Positions 15,201-30,200 of a stretch of DNA of 64,000 bases are shown piece by piece. The position numbers and the translations under genes are program-made. The first letter of the stretch is position 1, and the number at the start of each line of letters is the position of its first letter. The stretch is from positions 13,642,001-13,706,000 of the forward strand of contig NC_087263.1 in NCBI RefSeq assembly GCF_037042905.1, in the 5' to 3' direction. This DNA is from Lytechinus pictus. Taxonomy: Eukaryota. Under the pieces are notes generated by a model. The model was not told the origin of the DNA, ran no database searches, and was given only the letters and a program-made list of their open reading frames with translations.

Positions 15201-18200
15201 TAATATCGAATCATTGTTTAATAACGTCAACGCATAAAACCTTCCGTTTGCCTTTATTGACGTAGCTATCGTTTGATTTTCGGTATATCTATAAACGATT
15301 GTTTTCCAATCCCGATACTCCCACAAGTTATCATCGAGATACAAGGTCTTTGGCCAATAGAGCACATCTCCTTACTGTCAGAAAAGAAGGTCTTCCAAAA
15401 GAATACTGCGTTTCTACATGAAACGGAAGACAGATACACTAGATCTTACCCCAAGCCTGGGTTATCGGCACAAAAAGCAGAGCATTTCGTCTTTCATGTA
15501 TTGTATTCCCAGAAATTCTTTCCGAGATTCTGGAGCTTTGAATAAATGGATAATGGTTCCTTTACTTTATTTACTTACTCTGACATTGGGGAAATGGATC
15601 CGAGAAATTTCCGGAGCTTGTGCATGTGACAGAGGATTGGCCAGTCAGATCGTAACCAGTCGGACAAGAGAATGCACATTCTTGGTTCAGGCTTACTTCC
15701 TCACCAGGTGTACAAGACGAATTTACGTTTTCTCCCAATTCAGAAACCTCACAAGTAACTGAAACAACACGATTCAAAGAAAAGTTGGTGATGTCAGCAA
15801 TCAAGATATTTAAGAAAAAGTCGTTTCTTATAACAGACCTCGAGTTTTGGCAACTGAGAAACCATTATCAACATGAAAAGATCAACGATGATATAAGGCA
15901 ATTACGAAGTGGAAAGTATCGAGGTGCTTCTTAAATGGCGAACTATTACCCGGACTTTTGCTTCGGATTCTCTAAAGTCCTTAGGGAATTCAAGGAAGTA
16001 ATCGGTACGGATTCCCATTAACCTCATCTGGGTTGATTGGAACACAATGGAGATCAATATTCTACTAAAAGAAATTAGACCTTGGATGGGATTCGAACAC
16101 GCGCCTCTCTGTTTCAAAAGCGAGAGTCAGAATATCTGGACCACGTCGCTTTATTGCTATGTCACCTCAAATAGTACCAGCACTACGACTACCACACCAG
16201 AGTCGCAAAACACACCCTATATTACCCCCTATAATAATTATGAAAATCTCCACCATCTTAACTTATCACCATTGTCTTCACCATTAGATTGAGGCTACTA
16301 TACCAATATATTGATAAAGACAACGTCATATCCGCTCTTTTGAATACTGAATATAATGTTCAAAAATATTTCATTTTCTCATCTAGGGTGTGGAAGTCTT
16401 TTTCTTACATAATTAGGTAATTGACAATTTTTCAGTATGGTACAAAGCTTCTATGTCCAACTTACCCTGACATTTGGGAAATGAGTGTGAGAAATTTCCA
16501 GAGCTTGTGCAGTTAACGGATGACGGTCCGACCAGCGCATAACCAGTTGGACAAGAAAAGGTGCATTCTTCTTCATAGTTTACTTGACTGCCAGGTGTAC
16601 ACGATGAGTTTACTTTGTCTCCCAGTGAGGTTACAGCGCACATCACGACTAATTTGAAAGAAAGAAATCAGGACGAGTGTCGGCAACTAACAAAAAACAT
16701 ATAAGTTATGTCCCTTCCTGGAGGCAGGTAATATCGAATCATTGTTTAATAACGTCAACGCATAAAACCTTCCGTTTGCCTTTATTGACGTAGCTATCGT
16801 TTGATTTTCGGTATATCTATAAACGATTGTTTTCCAATCCCGATACTCCCACAAGTTATCATCGAGATACAAGGTCTTTGGCCAATAGAGCACATCTCCT
16901 TACTGTCAGAAAAGAAGGTCTTCCAAAAGAATACTGCGTTTCTACATGAAACGGAAGACAGATACACTAGATCTTACCCCAAGCCTGGGTTATCGGCACA
17001 AAAAGCAGAGCATTTCGTCTTTCATGTATTGTATTCCCAGAAATTCTTTCCGAGATTCTGGAGCTTTGAATAAATGGATAATGGTTCCTTTACTTTATTT
17101 ACTTACTCTGACATTGGGGAAATGGATCCGAGAAATTTCCGGAGCTTGTGCATGTGACAGAGGATTGGCCAGTCAGATCGTAACCAGTCGGACAAGAGAA
17201 TGCACATTCTTGGTTCAGGCTTACTTCCTCACCAGGTGTACAAGACGAATTTACGTTTTCTCCCAATTCAGAAACCTCACAAGTAACTGAAACAACACGA
17301 TTCAAAGAAAAGTTGGTGATGTCAGCAATCAAGATATTTAAGAAAAAGTCGTTTCTTATAACAGACCTCGAGTTTTGGCAACTGAGAAACCATTATCAAC
17401 ATGAAAAGATCAACGATGATATAAGGTTAATTACGAAGTGGAAAGTATCGAGGTGCTTCTTAAATGGCGAACTATTACCCGGACTTTTGCTTCGGATTCT
17501 CTAAAGTCCTTAGGGAATTCAAGGAAGTAATCGGTACGGATTCCCATTAACCTCATCTGGGTTGATTGGAACACAATGGAGATCAATATTCTACTAAAAG
17601 AAATTAGACCTTGGATGGGATTCGAACACGCGCCTCTCTGTTTCAAAAGCGAGAGTCAGAATATCTGGACCACGTCGCTTTATTGCTATGTCACCTCAAA
17701 TAGTACCAGCACTACGACTACCACACCAGAGTCGCAAAACACACCCTATATTACCCCCTATAATAATTATGAAAATCTCCACCATCTTAACTTATCACCA
17801 TTGTCTTCACCATTAGATTGAGGCTACTATACCAATATATTGATAAAGACAACGTCATATCCGCTCTTTTGAATACTGAATATAATGTTCAAAAATATTT
17901 CATTTTCTCATCTAGGGTGTGGAAGTCTTTTTCTTACATAATTAGGTAATTGACAATTTTTCAGTATGGTACAAAGCTTCTATGTCCAACTTACCCTGAC
18001 ATTTGGGAAATGAGTGTGAGAAATTTCCAGAGCTTGTGCAGTTAACGGATGACGGTCCGACCAGCGCATAACCAGTTGGACAAGAAAAGGTGCATTCTTC
18101 TTCATAGTTTACTTGACTGCCAGGTGTACACGATGAGTTTACTTTGTCTCCCAGTGAGGTTACAGCGCACATCACGACTAATTTGAAAGAAAGAAATCAG

Positions 18201-21200
18201 GACGAGTGTCGGCAACTAACAAAAAACATATAAGTTATGTCCCTTCCTGGAGGCAGGTAATATCGAATCATTGTTTAATAACGTCAACGCATAAAACCTT
18301 CCGTTTGCCTTTATTGACGTAGCTATCGTTTGATTTTCGGTATATCTATAAACGATTGTTTTCCAATCCCGATACTCCCACAAGTTATCATCGAGATACA
18401 AGGTCTTTGGCCAATAGAGCACATCTCCTTACTGTCAGAAAAGAAGGTCTTCCAAAAGAATACTGCGTTTCTACATGAAACGGAAGACAGATACACTAGA
18501 TCTTACCCCAAGCCTGGGTTATCGGCACAAAAAGCAGAGCATTTCGTCTTTCATGTATTGTATTCCCAGAAATTCTTTCCGAGATTCTGGAGCTTTGAAT
18601 AAATGGATAATGGTTCCTTTACTTTATTTACTTACTCTGACATTGGGGAAATGGATCCGAGAAATTTCCGGAGCTTGTGCATGTGACAGAGGATTGGCCA
18701 GTCAGATCGTAACCAGTCGGACAAGAGAATGCACATTCTTGGTTCAGGCTTACTTCCTCACCAGGTGTACAAGACGAATTTACGTTTTCTCCCAATTCAG
18801 AAACCTCACAAGTAACTGAAACAACACGATTCAAAGAAAAGTTGGTGATGTCAGCAATCAAGATATTTAAGAAAAAGTCGTTTCTTATAACAGACCTCGA
18901 GTTTTGGCAACTGAGAAACCATTATCAACATGAAAAGATCAACGATGATATAAGGTTAATTACGAAGTGGAAAGTATCGAGGTGCTTCTTAAATGGCGAA
19001 CTATTACCCGGACTTTTGCTTCGGATTCTCTAAAGTCCTTAGGGAATTCAAGGAAGTAATCGGTACGGATTCCCATTAACCTCATCTGGGTTGATTGGAA
19101 CACAATGGAGATCAATATTCTACTAAAAGAAATTAGACCTTGGATGGGATTCGAACACGCGCCTCTCTGTTTCAAAAGCGAGAGTCAGAATATCTGGACC
19201 ACGTCGCTTTATTGCTATGTCACCTCAAATAGTACCAGCACTACGACTACCACACCAGAGTCGCAAAACACACCCTATATTACCCCCTATAATAATTATG
19301 AAAATCTCCACCATCTTAACTTATCACCATTGTCTTCACCATTAGATTGAGGCTACTATACCAATATATTGATAAAGACAACGTCATATCCGCTCTTTTG
19401 AATACTGAATATAATGTTCAAAAATATTTCATTTTCTCATCTAGGGTGTGGAAGTCTTTTTCTTACATAATTAGGTAATTGACAATTTTTCAGTATGGTA
19501 CAAAGCTTCTATGTCCAACTTACCCTGACATTTGGGAAATGAGTGTGAGAAATTTCCAGAGCTTGTGCAGTTAACGGATGACGGTCCGACCAGCGCATAA
19601 CCAGTTGGACAAGAAAAGGTGCATTCTTCTTCATAGTTTACTTGACTGCCAGGTGTACACGATGAGTTTACTTTGTCTCCCAGTGAGGTTACAGCGCACA
19701 TCACGACTAATTTGAAAGAAAGAAATCAGGACGAGTGTCGGCAACTAACAAAAAACATATAAGTTATGTCCCTTCCTGGAGGCAGGTAATATCGAATCAT
19801 TGTTTAATAACGTCAACGCATAAAACCTTCCGTTTGCCTTTATTGACGTAGCTATCGTTTGATTTTCGGTATATCTATAAACGATTGTTTTCCAATCCCG
19901 ATACTCCCACAAGTTATCATCGAGATACAAGGTCTTTGGCCAATAGAGCACATCTCCTTACTGTCAGAAAAGAAGGTCTTCCAAAAGAATACTGCGTTTC
20001 TACATGAAACGGAAGACAGATACACTAGATCTTACCCCAAGCCTGGGTTATCGGCACAAAAAGCAGAGCATTTCGTCTTTCATGTATTGTATTCCCAGAA
20101 ATTCTTTCCGAGATTCTGGAGCTTTGAATAAATGGATAATGGTTCCTTTACTTTATTTACTTACTCTGACATTGGGGAAATGGATCCGAGAAATTTCCGG
20201 AGCTTGTGCATGTGACAGAGGATTGGCCAGTCAGATCGTAACCAGTCGGACAAGAGAATACACATTCTTGGTTCAGGCTTACTTCCTCACCAGGTGTACA
20301 AGACGAATTTACGTTTTCTCCCAATTCAGAAACCTCACAAGTAACTGAAACAACACGACTCAAAGAAAAGTTGGTGATGTCAGCAATCAAGATATTTAAG
20401 AAAAAGTCGTTTCTTATAACAGACCTCGAGTTTTGGCAACTGAGAAACCATTATCAACATGAAAAGATCAACGATGATATAAGGTTAATTACGAAGTGGA
20501 AAGTATCGAGGTGCTTCTTAAATGGCGAACTATTACCCGGACTTTTGCTTCGGATTCTCTAAAGTCCTTAGGGAATTCAAGGAAGTAATCGGTACGGATT
20601 CCCATTAACCTCATCTGGGTTGATTGGAACACAATGGAGATCAATATTCTACTAAAAGAAATTAGACCTTGGATGGGATTCGAACACGCGCCTCTCTGTT
20701 TCAAAAGCGAGAGTCAGAATATCTGGACCACGTCGCTTTAGGCGTCTTGTCAAAAGTGTGTGTGCGTCTTTACCTTTATATTCTACGGCGAACCCGCTCA
20801 GCGTGCCATTGTCCATTTTTCTTTCCTACGGGTCAGTGCTCTTGCCATTCAAGACGCCAGCGTGCCCTTTTGCAGCGAAAACGGACGCGGCTCTTTTATC
20901 TTTTACAGTGACACCTCGATGAATCCTCTCAAGCAACTATCCGATTTGTTGTTTTTGCATGAGCGCCCTCTATGTTGACAATGCGAGGATCCATGCAAAG
21001 GCCGATAATAGTTCAGTGGCGTGTACGTTTAATTGTTATATTTTCCAAAAGCTACGCTTCTACAAATGTTTATACTTCCTGCTTTCAGGCTTCAGTAGTA
21101 ACAAGTTCAACTAGATTTAGATTGTTTTGATAGATTAATTGAGCTTAATAGCATGAACATGTTGTTTTAGTTTCAAGAATAGACCGTGTTGACCGTCTAA

Positions 21201-24200
21201 AACTTAACCCTAAAAGGACTGGGGGAGCATGATGCCCCCCTTCGACACTTCGCACGATATTTCTGAAACGCAAACAGATAGCCCCGCAAAATTTTATGAC
21301 CTTTTTTTGAAGTCTCGCGCAACTTTTGAGACCGAATTTGTGACATACGGGTATAAGCATCGCGACGTCACTTGACTTTTTACGAGACAATGTCATGCCG
21401 AAAATGGCTCATTTTCATAATTTGTGTACAAAGTCTATGGGAGATGAAATATAATTATAAAAGGGTGAATATTTGTCGCTCTAATTGGTCTGCTTGATTA
21501 ATTTAGGGTTTAATATAAATAACGTTACAAATATGAGATCAGAAAAAAAAAGAAACTTTGAAGTGAAATTGGGTGTAAAATATGCAAATAATGCTTTTCA
21601 TGAATAAATTTGCATATCTTATTCATAATAAATAAAAAATAATTATTTTCAGAATTTTTTAATACTATCTTGTAGTTTATATGGCAAGGAATGTGCGTAC
21701 CAAATTTCGGCGCGATCGTGTGAACAGCGGCCGATATGAGAAGGGGGGGGGGGGGACATCATCCCCCCAGTCCTAAATACATCTCAAATAGCCCAGTCCT
21801 TTAAGGGTTAATGTTCACGCGCGGGTAAGATTTTTTTTTAAATCACACTGAGCCCGATCTTTTTTTCATCTTTTTTCATACAAAAACCCTGATAGACATG
21901 TGGTTAAATAAGCATTAACTGGATTCATGCTTTCGGCAAAATAACCTTTGTTCATGTTCATCGCGAGTAAGAACATTTAACTGTTCAGTGTTGGCATCAC
22001 AGCGATGAAGGGGGGGGGGGGCGGGCGGAATTTTTTTATCCACAAAAGGCATGACCCGCGATCAGCCGCTCAAATCTGATTTTTTGTTTTGTTTGAAGGG
22101 GTAGTCCTATTGTCAATTCTAAGCTTTATTCTTATAAATCAAAATAAATCTAACATAGTCTCATAAGCCTTTTTTAAATAGTGCGAGCGCGAGCCGCGAG
22201 ATATTTCTTAAATTATTATTTCATGTATTTTGTCCTAAAGTGGCATTCTGGCAATGTTTGTCATCCTAAACGAGATGAATAAATTGAGTTTTGATCATTC
22301 TGATAAAAAGGGAACTGTTAACGGCTGCTTGTAATATCCGTAAGTGAAAACGTTACATATTTCAACAAGTTAATAATGTGAGCGCGAAGCGTGAGCTGAA
22401 AATCTTGACATTTCTACCTGAAGAATGAAAATTCTAAGCAATTTTTGTAATCATGAAAAATATAGTTATACAAATAAGCAACTGATGCGAAGCGGAAGCG
22501 GAAAATTCGAGATTTGTATGAAAATTGTGAGTGGATATGGATCACAGTTAAAAAAAGAGCTGATATGTTTGAATATTATTACCTTAAGTTTTGACATATG
22601 ACCGAGACATTCCGCTTTAACTGCAGTGCATGGTATCATGCATCCAGAAATTGAATTAGGCGATGAATTCAAAACGTACGTATATAGCCGGGATGGCATG
22701 CAGTTCGGATGATACAGCACTCTAAAATTAGAATAATCTCGTATTACAAACATGACAAATTTCAATTTTTGCGAAAATGCACACAAACTCAAATTAAACT
22801 TGATAAACTCTGGGGGATGATGACGTTGATATAAAAATCGCATCGACCTCGGTATGCAATCATGATTGATACTGCATCGGACTTGGCAACCAGCAAAAAC
22901 TTTTCCATAATTAGATAAAGGCCATCCATTCTCCCTCTTCTTAATTTTGTTTGAAAACTGAAATATAATCTATGTATTTCAGGATCATGATATAAAAATC
23001 CTTTTATAACAAACATGATAAAGGAAAAACGTGTCTCATGTTATACATGGTTCATTATACCGCAAAATATACCAATCATCTTCATTTGTTATAATTTGAT
23101 CATCAACATTTTCACTTATATTATTATTCGTATTATCATGTCCGTTAATATCACTTCATTGTTATTATTACCATTATCATCATCACTGTTATTATCATTA
23201 TCATCATCATTCATTATCTATTTCCAATCGTTCTCCAATGTCAATTTTATATTTTCTATAATCATAAATATATGAAAGGTAATAGTAATGATTATGGTGA
23301 TGCTGGTAATCATGAACATTAGACCCGTTTTGTCAGGTATTTTATGCGATTTTACGTGCTAATTGCTACTCGATGGTGGTGAAAGAAATCTTTTAAATAG
23401 CACAAAAGAAGTCGGGACGGTAGTTACTGTATATACGCACTTTAATACACTATAGTACAAAAGATTCCCCATCGGACCGGCCAACGGTCTTTTGAAGTAA
23501 GTTAATCTATTGAAATTACGACTATAATCACGACAGCGGATATGGGGAACTAAAGTCTGTGCGCGTCTCTCCCATTGTTCTCTGTGGCGAACGCGCTGAG
23601 CATGCCATTGTCAATGATTCTCTACTATACGGGTCAGTGATCTTGCTTTTTCATGATCATAGGCCTGGGCAATGACTAAAAACAGTTCGATGAGTATAAT
23701 GCCCAGCAATTAATCCTGAAAGGAAAATAATGTTCAATTCTCTTGATGGAGAAGACTATATCATGGCCCTATTTGCTTTTGCCGTTAGGCCATTAAGTGT
23801 ACAAACTAATATAAATAATAAATATATAATAATTACATTTCATCTATTTTAGAGTAATGATCTAATTTTAATATTATTCTACATAATTATCTCCCTGCAG
23901 CTTACGGCCCCATATCTTCACCCGTGAAGTATTGAATTTTGAAGCTTGAATTATTGAACATCATGGCATCCTAAATAGTATTGCAATGATGTTTACCATC
24001 ACTGCAATATAGATTAAAAACAAAGTTTATTCTACTCACATTGATCTTACTTTAGAACAAATTCACACCCCCCTTCCCGCTACAACCTTTCTCTCATTTT
24101 TATTATTTCCTTACCAAAATGATCCTAATTTCAATAACTACGATAATGACATAGATGATTTGCTGTTGACTTGACTATAATGATCCTGCTGATGATAGTG

Positions 24201-27200
24201 ATGATAATTAACACTGATGATGGTGGTGGCGGTGGTAGTGAATGTGGTAGCCTTGATGATTATAATAAATGAAAATACTGAAAGTTACGAAAGTCACACA
24301 TTCAATGAATAATACCAAGAAACATAATTTTTGATGATATAAAATTCACACACAATGTATGCTTCTTGTAGGCCTCCTATTTAATCTATTCTTATTACAA
24401 AAAACTGCAGTGTATCCGCTGATATTCCTTCTTTATGATTTAAAGCTTTTAAGTTTATAATTATATTGGTAAATCCCGGTCAGAAAAGTTCATGTCACCA
24501 TTCCATTCCCTATTACTGTATTATATGAGCATGGCCCTAAATGATTGTGATGTGATAGGTATGAAATCAAATCTAATTCTCTTGCTCCTTCTCCTTTTGT
24601 CTTCTTCATATCCTTTGTCGTCTTTCATTATTCTTTTTCTCCACCTCATCCTTTTCTGTTGCTCCTTCATTTTCCTTCCCCTCCCTTTTCTACGTCTCCT
24701 CTCTTCTTGTTGTTCTTCTGCCCACCTGCCCTTATACGTCTCCTACTGCTTTTCCTTCATTATTCTTCTTTGCATTGACGCCCAATGGCGACAATGCATT
24801 GTTCTTGTTCCGTATTCCTATTCCGTCGTCTTCTTTGCATTGACGCCCAACGGCGACAATGTATTGTTCTTGTTCCGTATTCCTATTCCGTCGTCTTCTT
24901 CTTCTTCTTCTTCTTCTTCTTCTTCTTCCACAAAATCCCATTTGTTTAACACATGGTTTTTGTTAGCTCTGCCCTGGCTCTGTCCCTCATCCAAATTCAT
25001 CCAAACTTTGTAGACATGTTGTCCAGCATCCCTAGTTGTGCCCCTTGTCTTCCTTTTTCCAAAATCACTCATGCATGACCATCTAGGCGCCATTTTGTAA
25101 ATTTCAAGTCCATTTGCATACCATTACTAATCTCGTCCTAACTCCCGCATCCTGCATGCTACAAACTTCTAACAAATTGCTATAGATAGTCAAAGAGTTG
25201 CTCCATCATCTGCGACGTATAACCTGACCTTCAAAATGCCATCTTCATGCCCTAAATTCAAATCCGAAATAGCCTTCCTTCAAAAACGTCACATTTATTG
25301 AAATGTAAAGTCAAAAAATCGTAAAATGGCCATAACTTTATTGTTTTTATTCATTTCGAGCTCATATTTTTAGGAATTGATACTGGTACCATATCATACT
25401 TACGACTTAGTTTTCACGCATCACTGAATTTCCGTTACTGAAATAGCGCCCTCTAAAGTTTCAAAAACGCTTATCTTTGAATGCTCCTCATTTCGTCATG
25501 CATGGCCAAACCCGTACCCTTTTTTAGATTTAGGGTGTTCAAGATATGCTCTTTCATGCCATTTAGAAAAATATATACCTTACTGCTGACAAAATATCTG
25601 AAAAATGCTCCCGAAAATCAGCAAAATACGCAAAAATGCACTATAATGCCAGCACAACTTGAACTTGCTCTTATTTCCTTATTATTTAAGTTTATCCTTT
25701 CTAACTTGGCAGATATGAGTATTGATATATACTTCAACCGTTCGTCAACCTTTTGTGACAGAAACTGACATAGAGCTGACGTCAGCTCAAAATTATTGTG
25801 CAAAACTATCATTTTTAATGTCTTTCTTTATATGGCATTTACTTCCGGTCTATTGCTTGCGCAAAAATAAAAGTGGTATCAATGTCACCGCATTGGAATG
25901 CCCTATCCAGTGATACCAAATACGACATAGGTTACAACAGAAAATGTCAAGATAAGCCAATCTGAACACATGGTATACTACTCACAGTGCACACATTATC
26001 AACAACAGAATTGTACACAATGTCTATGGCATAACGTATTATGCATGCACATCGTTCTGCTATGTACTTTACACTGAGTTACGTTAAATGCACTATAATG
26101 CCAGCACAACTTCAACTTGCTCTTATTTCCCTATTATTGAAGCTTATCCTTTCTAACTTGGCAGATATGAGTATTGATATATACTTTAACCGTTCGTTAA
26201 CCTTTTGTGACAGAAACTGACATAGAGCTGACGTCAGCTTAAAATTATTGTGAAAAACTGTAATTTTTAATGTCTTTCTTTATATGGCATTTACTTCCGG
26301 TCTATTGCTTGCGCACACATAAAAGTGGTATCAATGTCACCGCATTGGAATGCCCTATCCAGTGATACCAAATACCACATAGGTTACAACAGAAAATTTC
26401 AAGATAAGCCAATCTGAACACATGGTATACTTCTCACAATGCACACATTATCAACAAAAGAATTGTACACAATGTCTATAGCATAACGTATTATGCATGC
26501 ACATCGTTCTGCTATGTACTTTACACTGAGTTACATTAATGAACTGTCGGGGAAATTTGTATGCTTATTCATATCACTCTCTCTGTGTCTTTCTCTCCCT
26601 TCTCTCTCTTTGCTGAGCGGCCATTTGGTCTAAAACTGGACGAAATCTGTTTGACTCGAGAATGTTACTTCCTATGGAGGGCACAATGTACCAAAATCCA
26701 CTTTGATTAACATGTAATTTTTGTTAGTCCTCCCCTGCCTCCGCTCCTCATCCAAATTCATTCCGATTTGGTAGACATGTTGTCCATGATGCATTATTGT
26801 GTACCTTATAGTTCATTTTCTAAAATCATTCATGCATGACAGTGCATGCGCCATTTTGAGAGTGACATCATCATCTCTCTCATTTGGATGTAACTGGCTC
26901 GTTCATATAACTATTTTGTTAAAAATAAGCGAAACTTTGAAATGTCATAACTTTCTTATTTTACATCCGATTTTGATGAAATTTTCAGCATTGTGCTTGT
27001 CTGATTTTTTCCCTATTGATTCCAATCAAGATTTTTCTGAGGTGGACTTGACCTTTCAATCAGACGCGTCAATGCATGCACATCGTTCGGAAACGATTGC
27101 AGTTCTAGTCTTCTTCTTCTTCTTCTTCTTCTTCCACAAAATCCCATTTGTTTAACACATGGTGTTTGTTAGCTCTGCCCTGGCTCCGTCCCTCATCCAA

Positions 27201-30200
27201 ATTCATCCAAACTTAATAGACATGTTGTCCAGCATCCCTAGTTGTGCCCCTTGTCTTCCTTTTTTCAAAATCACTCATGCATGACCATCTAGGCGCCATT
27301 TTGTAAATTTCAAGTCCATTTGCATATACCATTACTAATCTCGTCCTAACTCCCGCATCCTGCATTCTACAGACTTCTAACAAATTGCTATAGATAGTCA
27401 AAGAGTTGCCCCATCATTTGCGACGTATAACTTGACCTTTAAAATGCCATCTTCATGCCCTAAATTCAAATCCGAAATAGCCTTCCTTCAAAAACGTCAT
27501 ATTTATTGAAATGTAAAGTCAAAATATCGTAAAATGGCCATAACTTTATTGTTTTTATTCATTTCGAGCTCATATTTTTAGGAATTGATACTGGTACCAT
27601 ATCATACTTACGACTTAGTTTTCACGCATCACTGAATTTCCGTTACTGAAATAGCGCCCTCTAAAGTTTCAAAAACGCTTATCTTTGAATGCTCCTCATT
27701 GCGTCATGCATGGCCAAACCCGTACCCTTTTTTAGATTTAGGGTGTTCAAGATATGCCCTTTAATGCCATTTAGAAAAATATATACCTTATCACTGACCA
27801 AATATCTGAAAAATGCTCCCGAAAATCAGCAAAATACGCAAAAATGCACTATAATGCCAGCACAACTTGAACTTGCTCTTATTTCCTTATTTTTGAAGTT
27901 TATCCTTTCTAACTTGGCAGATATGAGTATTGATATATGTACTTCAACCGTTCGTTAACCTTTTGTGACAGAAACTGACATAGAGCTGACGTCAGCTCAA
28001 AATTATTGTGCAAAACTGTCATTTTTAATGTCTTTCTTTATATGGCATTTACTTCCGGTCTATTGCTTGCGCACAAATAAAAGTGGTATCAATGTCACCG
28101 CATTGGAATGCTCTTTCCAGTGATACCAAATATGACATAGGTTACAACAGAAAATTTCAAGATAAGCCAATCTGAACACATGGTATACATCTCAGAATGC
28201 ACACATTATCAATAACAGAATTGTATACAATGTCTATAGCATAACGTATTATGCATGCACATCGTTCTGCTATGTACTTTACACCGAGTTACGTTAATGA
28301 ACTGTCGGGGAAATGTGTATGCTTATTCATATCACTTTCTCTGTGTCTTTCTCTCCCTTCTCTCTCTTTGTTGAGCAGCCATTTGGTCTAAAAATGGACG
28401 AAATCTGTTTGACTCGAGAATGTTACTTCCTATGGAGGGCACAATGTACCAAAATCAACTTTGATTAACATGTGATTTTTGTTAGTCCTCCCCTGCCTCC
28501 GCTCCTCATCCAAATTCATTCCGATTTGGTAGACATGTTGTCCATGATGCATTATTGTGTACCTCTTATTTCATTTTCTAAAATCATTCATGCATGACAG
28601 TGCATGCGCCATTTTGAGTGACTGACATCATCATCTCTCTCATTTGGACGTAACTGGCTCGTTCATATAACTATTTTGTTAAAAATAAGCGAAACTTTGA
28701 AATGTCATAACTTTCTTATTTTACATCCGATTTTGATGAAATTTTGAGCATTGTGCTTGTCTGATTTTTTCCCTATTGATTCCAATCAAGATTTTTCTGA
28801 GGTGGACTTGACCTTTCAATCAGACGCGTCAATGCATGCACATCGTTCGGAAACGATTGCAGTTCTAGTTGCATTGACGCCCAACGGCGACAATGCATTG
28901 TTCTTGTTCCGTATTCCTATTCCGTCGTCTTCTTCTTCTTCTTCTTTGCATTGACGCCCAACGGCGACAATGCATTGTTCTTGTTCCGTATTCCTATTCC
29001 GTCGTCTTCTTCTTCTTCCACAAAATCCCATTTGTTTAACACATGGTGTTTGTTAGCTCTGCCCTGGCTCCGTCCCTCATCCAAATTTATCCAAACTTGG
29101 TAGACATGTTGTCCAGCATCCCTAGTTGTGCCCCTCGTCTTTCTTTTTTCAAAATCACTCATGCATGACCATCAAGGCGCCATTTTGTAAATTTCAAGTC
29201 CATTTGCATACCATTACTAATCTCGTCCTAACTCCCGCATCCTGCATTCTACAGACTTCTAACAAATTGCTATAGATAGTCAAAGAGTTGCCCCATCATT
29301 TGCGACGTATAACCTGACCTTCAAAATGCCATCTTCATGCCCTAAATTCAAATCCGAAATAGCCTTCCTTCAAAAACGTCATATTTATTGAAATGTAAAG
29401 TCAAAAAATCGTAAAATGGCCATAACTTTCTTGTTTTTATTCATTTCGAGCTCATATTTTCAGGAATTGATACTGGTACCATATCATACATAGGAATTAG
29501 TTTTCACGCATCATCAATTTTCCGTTACTGAAATAGCGCCCTCTAAAGTTTCAAAAACGCTTATCTTTGAATGCTCCTCATTGCGTCATGCATGGCCAAA
29601 CCCGTACCCTTTTTTAGATTTTGGGTTTTCAAGATATGCCCTTTCATGCCATTTAGAAAAAAATATACCTTACCACTGACGAAATATCTGAAAAATGCTC
29701 CCGAAAATCAGGAAAATACGCAAAAATGCACTATAATGCCAGCACAACTTGAACTTGCTCTTATTTCCTTATTATTGAAGTTTATCCTTTCTAACTTGGC
29801 AGATATGAGTATTGATATATACTTCAACCGTTCGTTAACCTTTTGTGACAGAAACTGACATAGAGCTGACGTCAGCTCAAAATTATTGTGCAAAATTGTC
29901 ATTTTTAATGTCTTTCTTTATATGGCATTTACTTCCGGTCTATTGCTTGCGCAAAAATAAAAGTGGTATCAATGTCACCGCATTGGAATGCCCTATCCAG
30001 TGATACCAAATACGACAAAGGTTACAACAGAAAATTTCGAGATAAGCCAATCTGAACACATGGTATACTACTCACAATGCACACATTATCAACAACAGAA
30101 TTGTACACAATGTCTATGGCATAACGTATTATGCATGCACATCGTTCTGCTATGTACTTTACACTGAGTTACGTTAATGAACTGTCAGGGAAATGTGTAT

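Larger units (their letters stand above)
5690..20740. repeat. Left arm of the 1,528-1,541-bp two-exon tandem array (about 10 units)
   Basis: Periodic ORF track and direct reading; units differ at only a handful of sites. Confidence 0.97.

Noticed and set aside
22466..23016. Minus-strand ORFs in the 1-kb repeat as a captured gene or transposase
   Set aside because: Frames differ between the two copies because of indels and no motif was recognisable; a translated HMM search would be needed to exclude a decayed exon.
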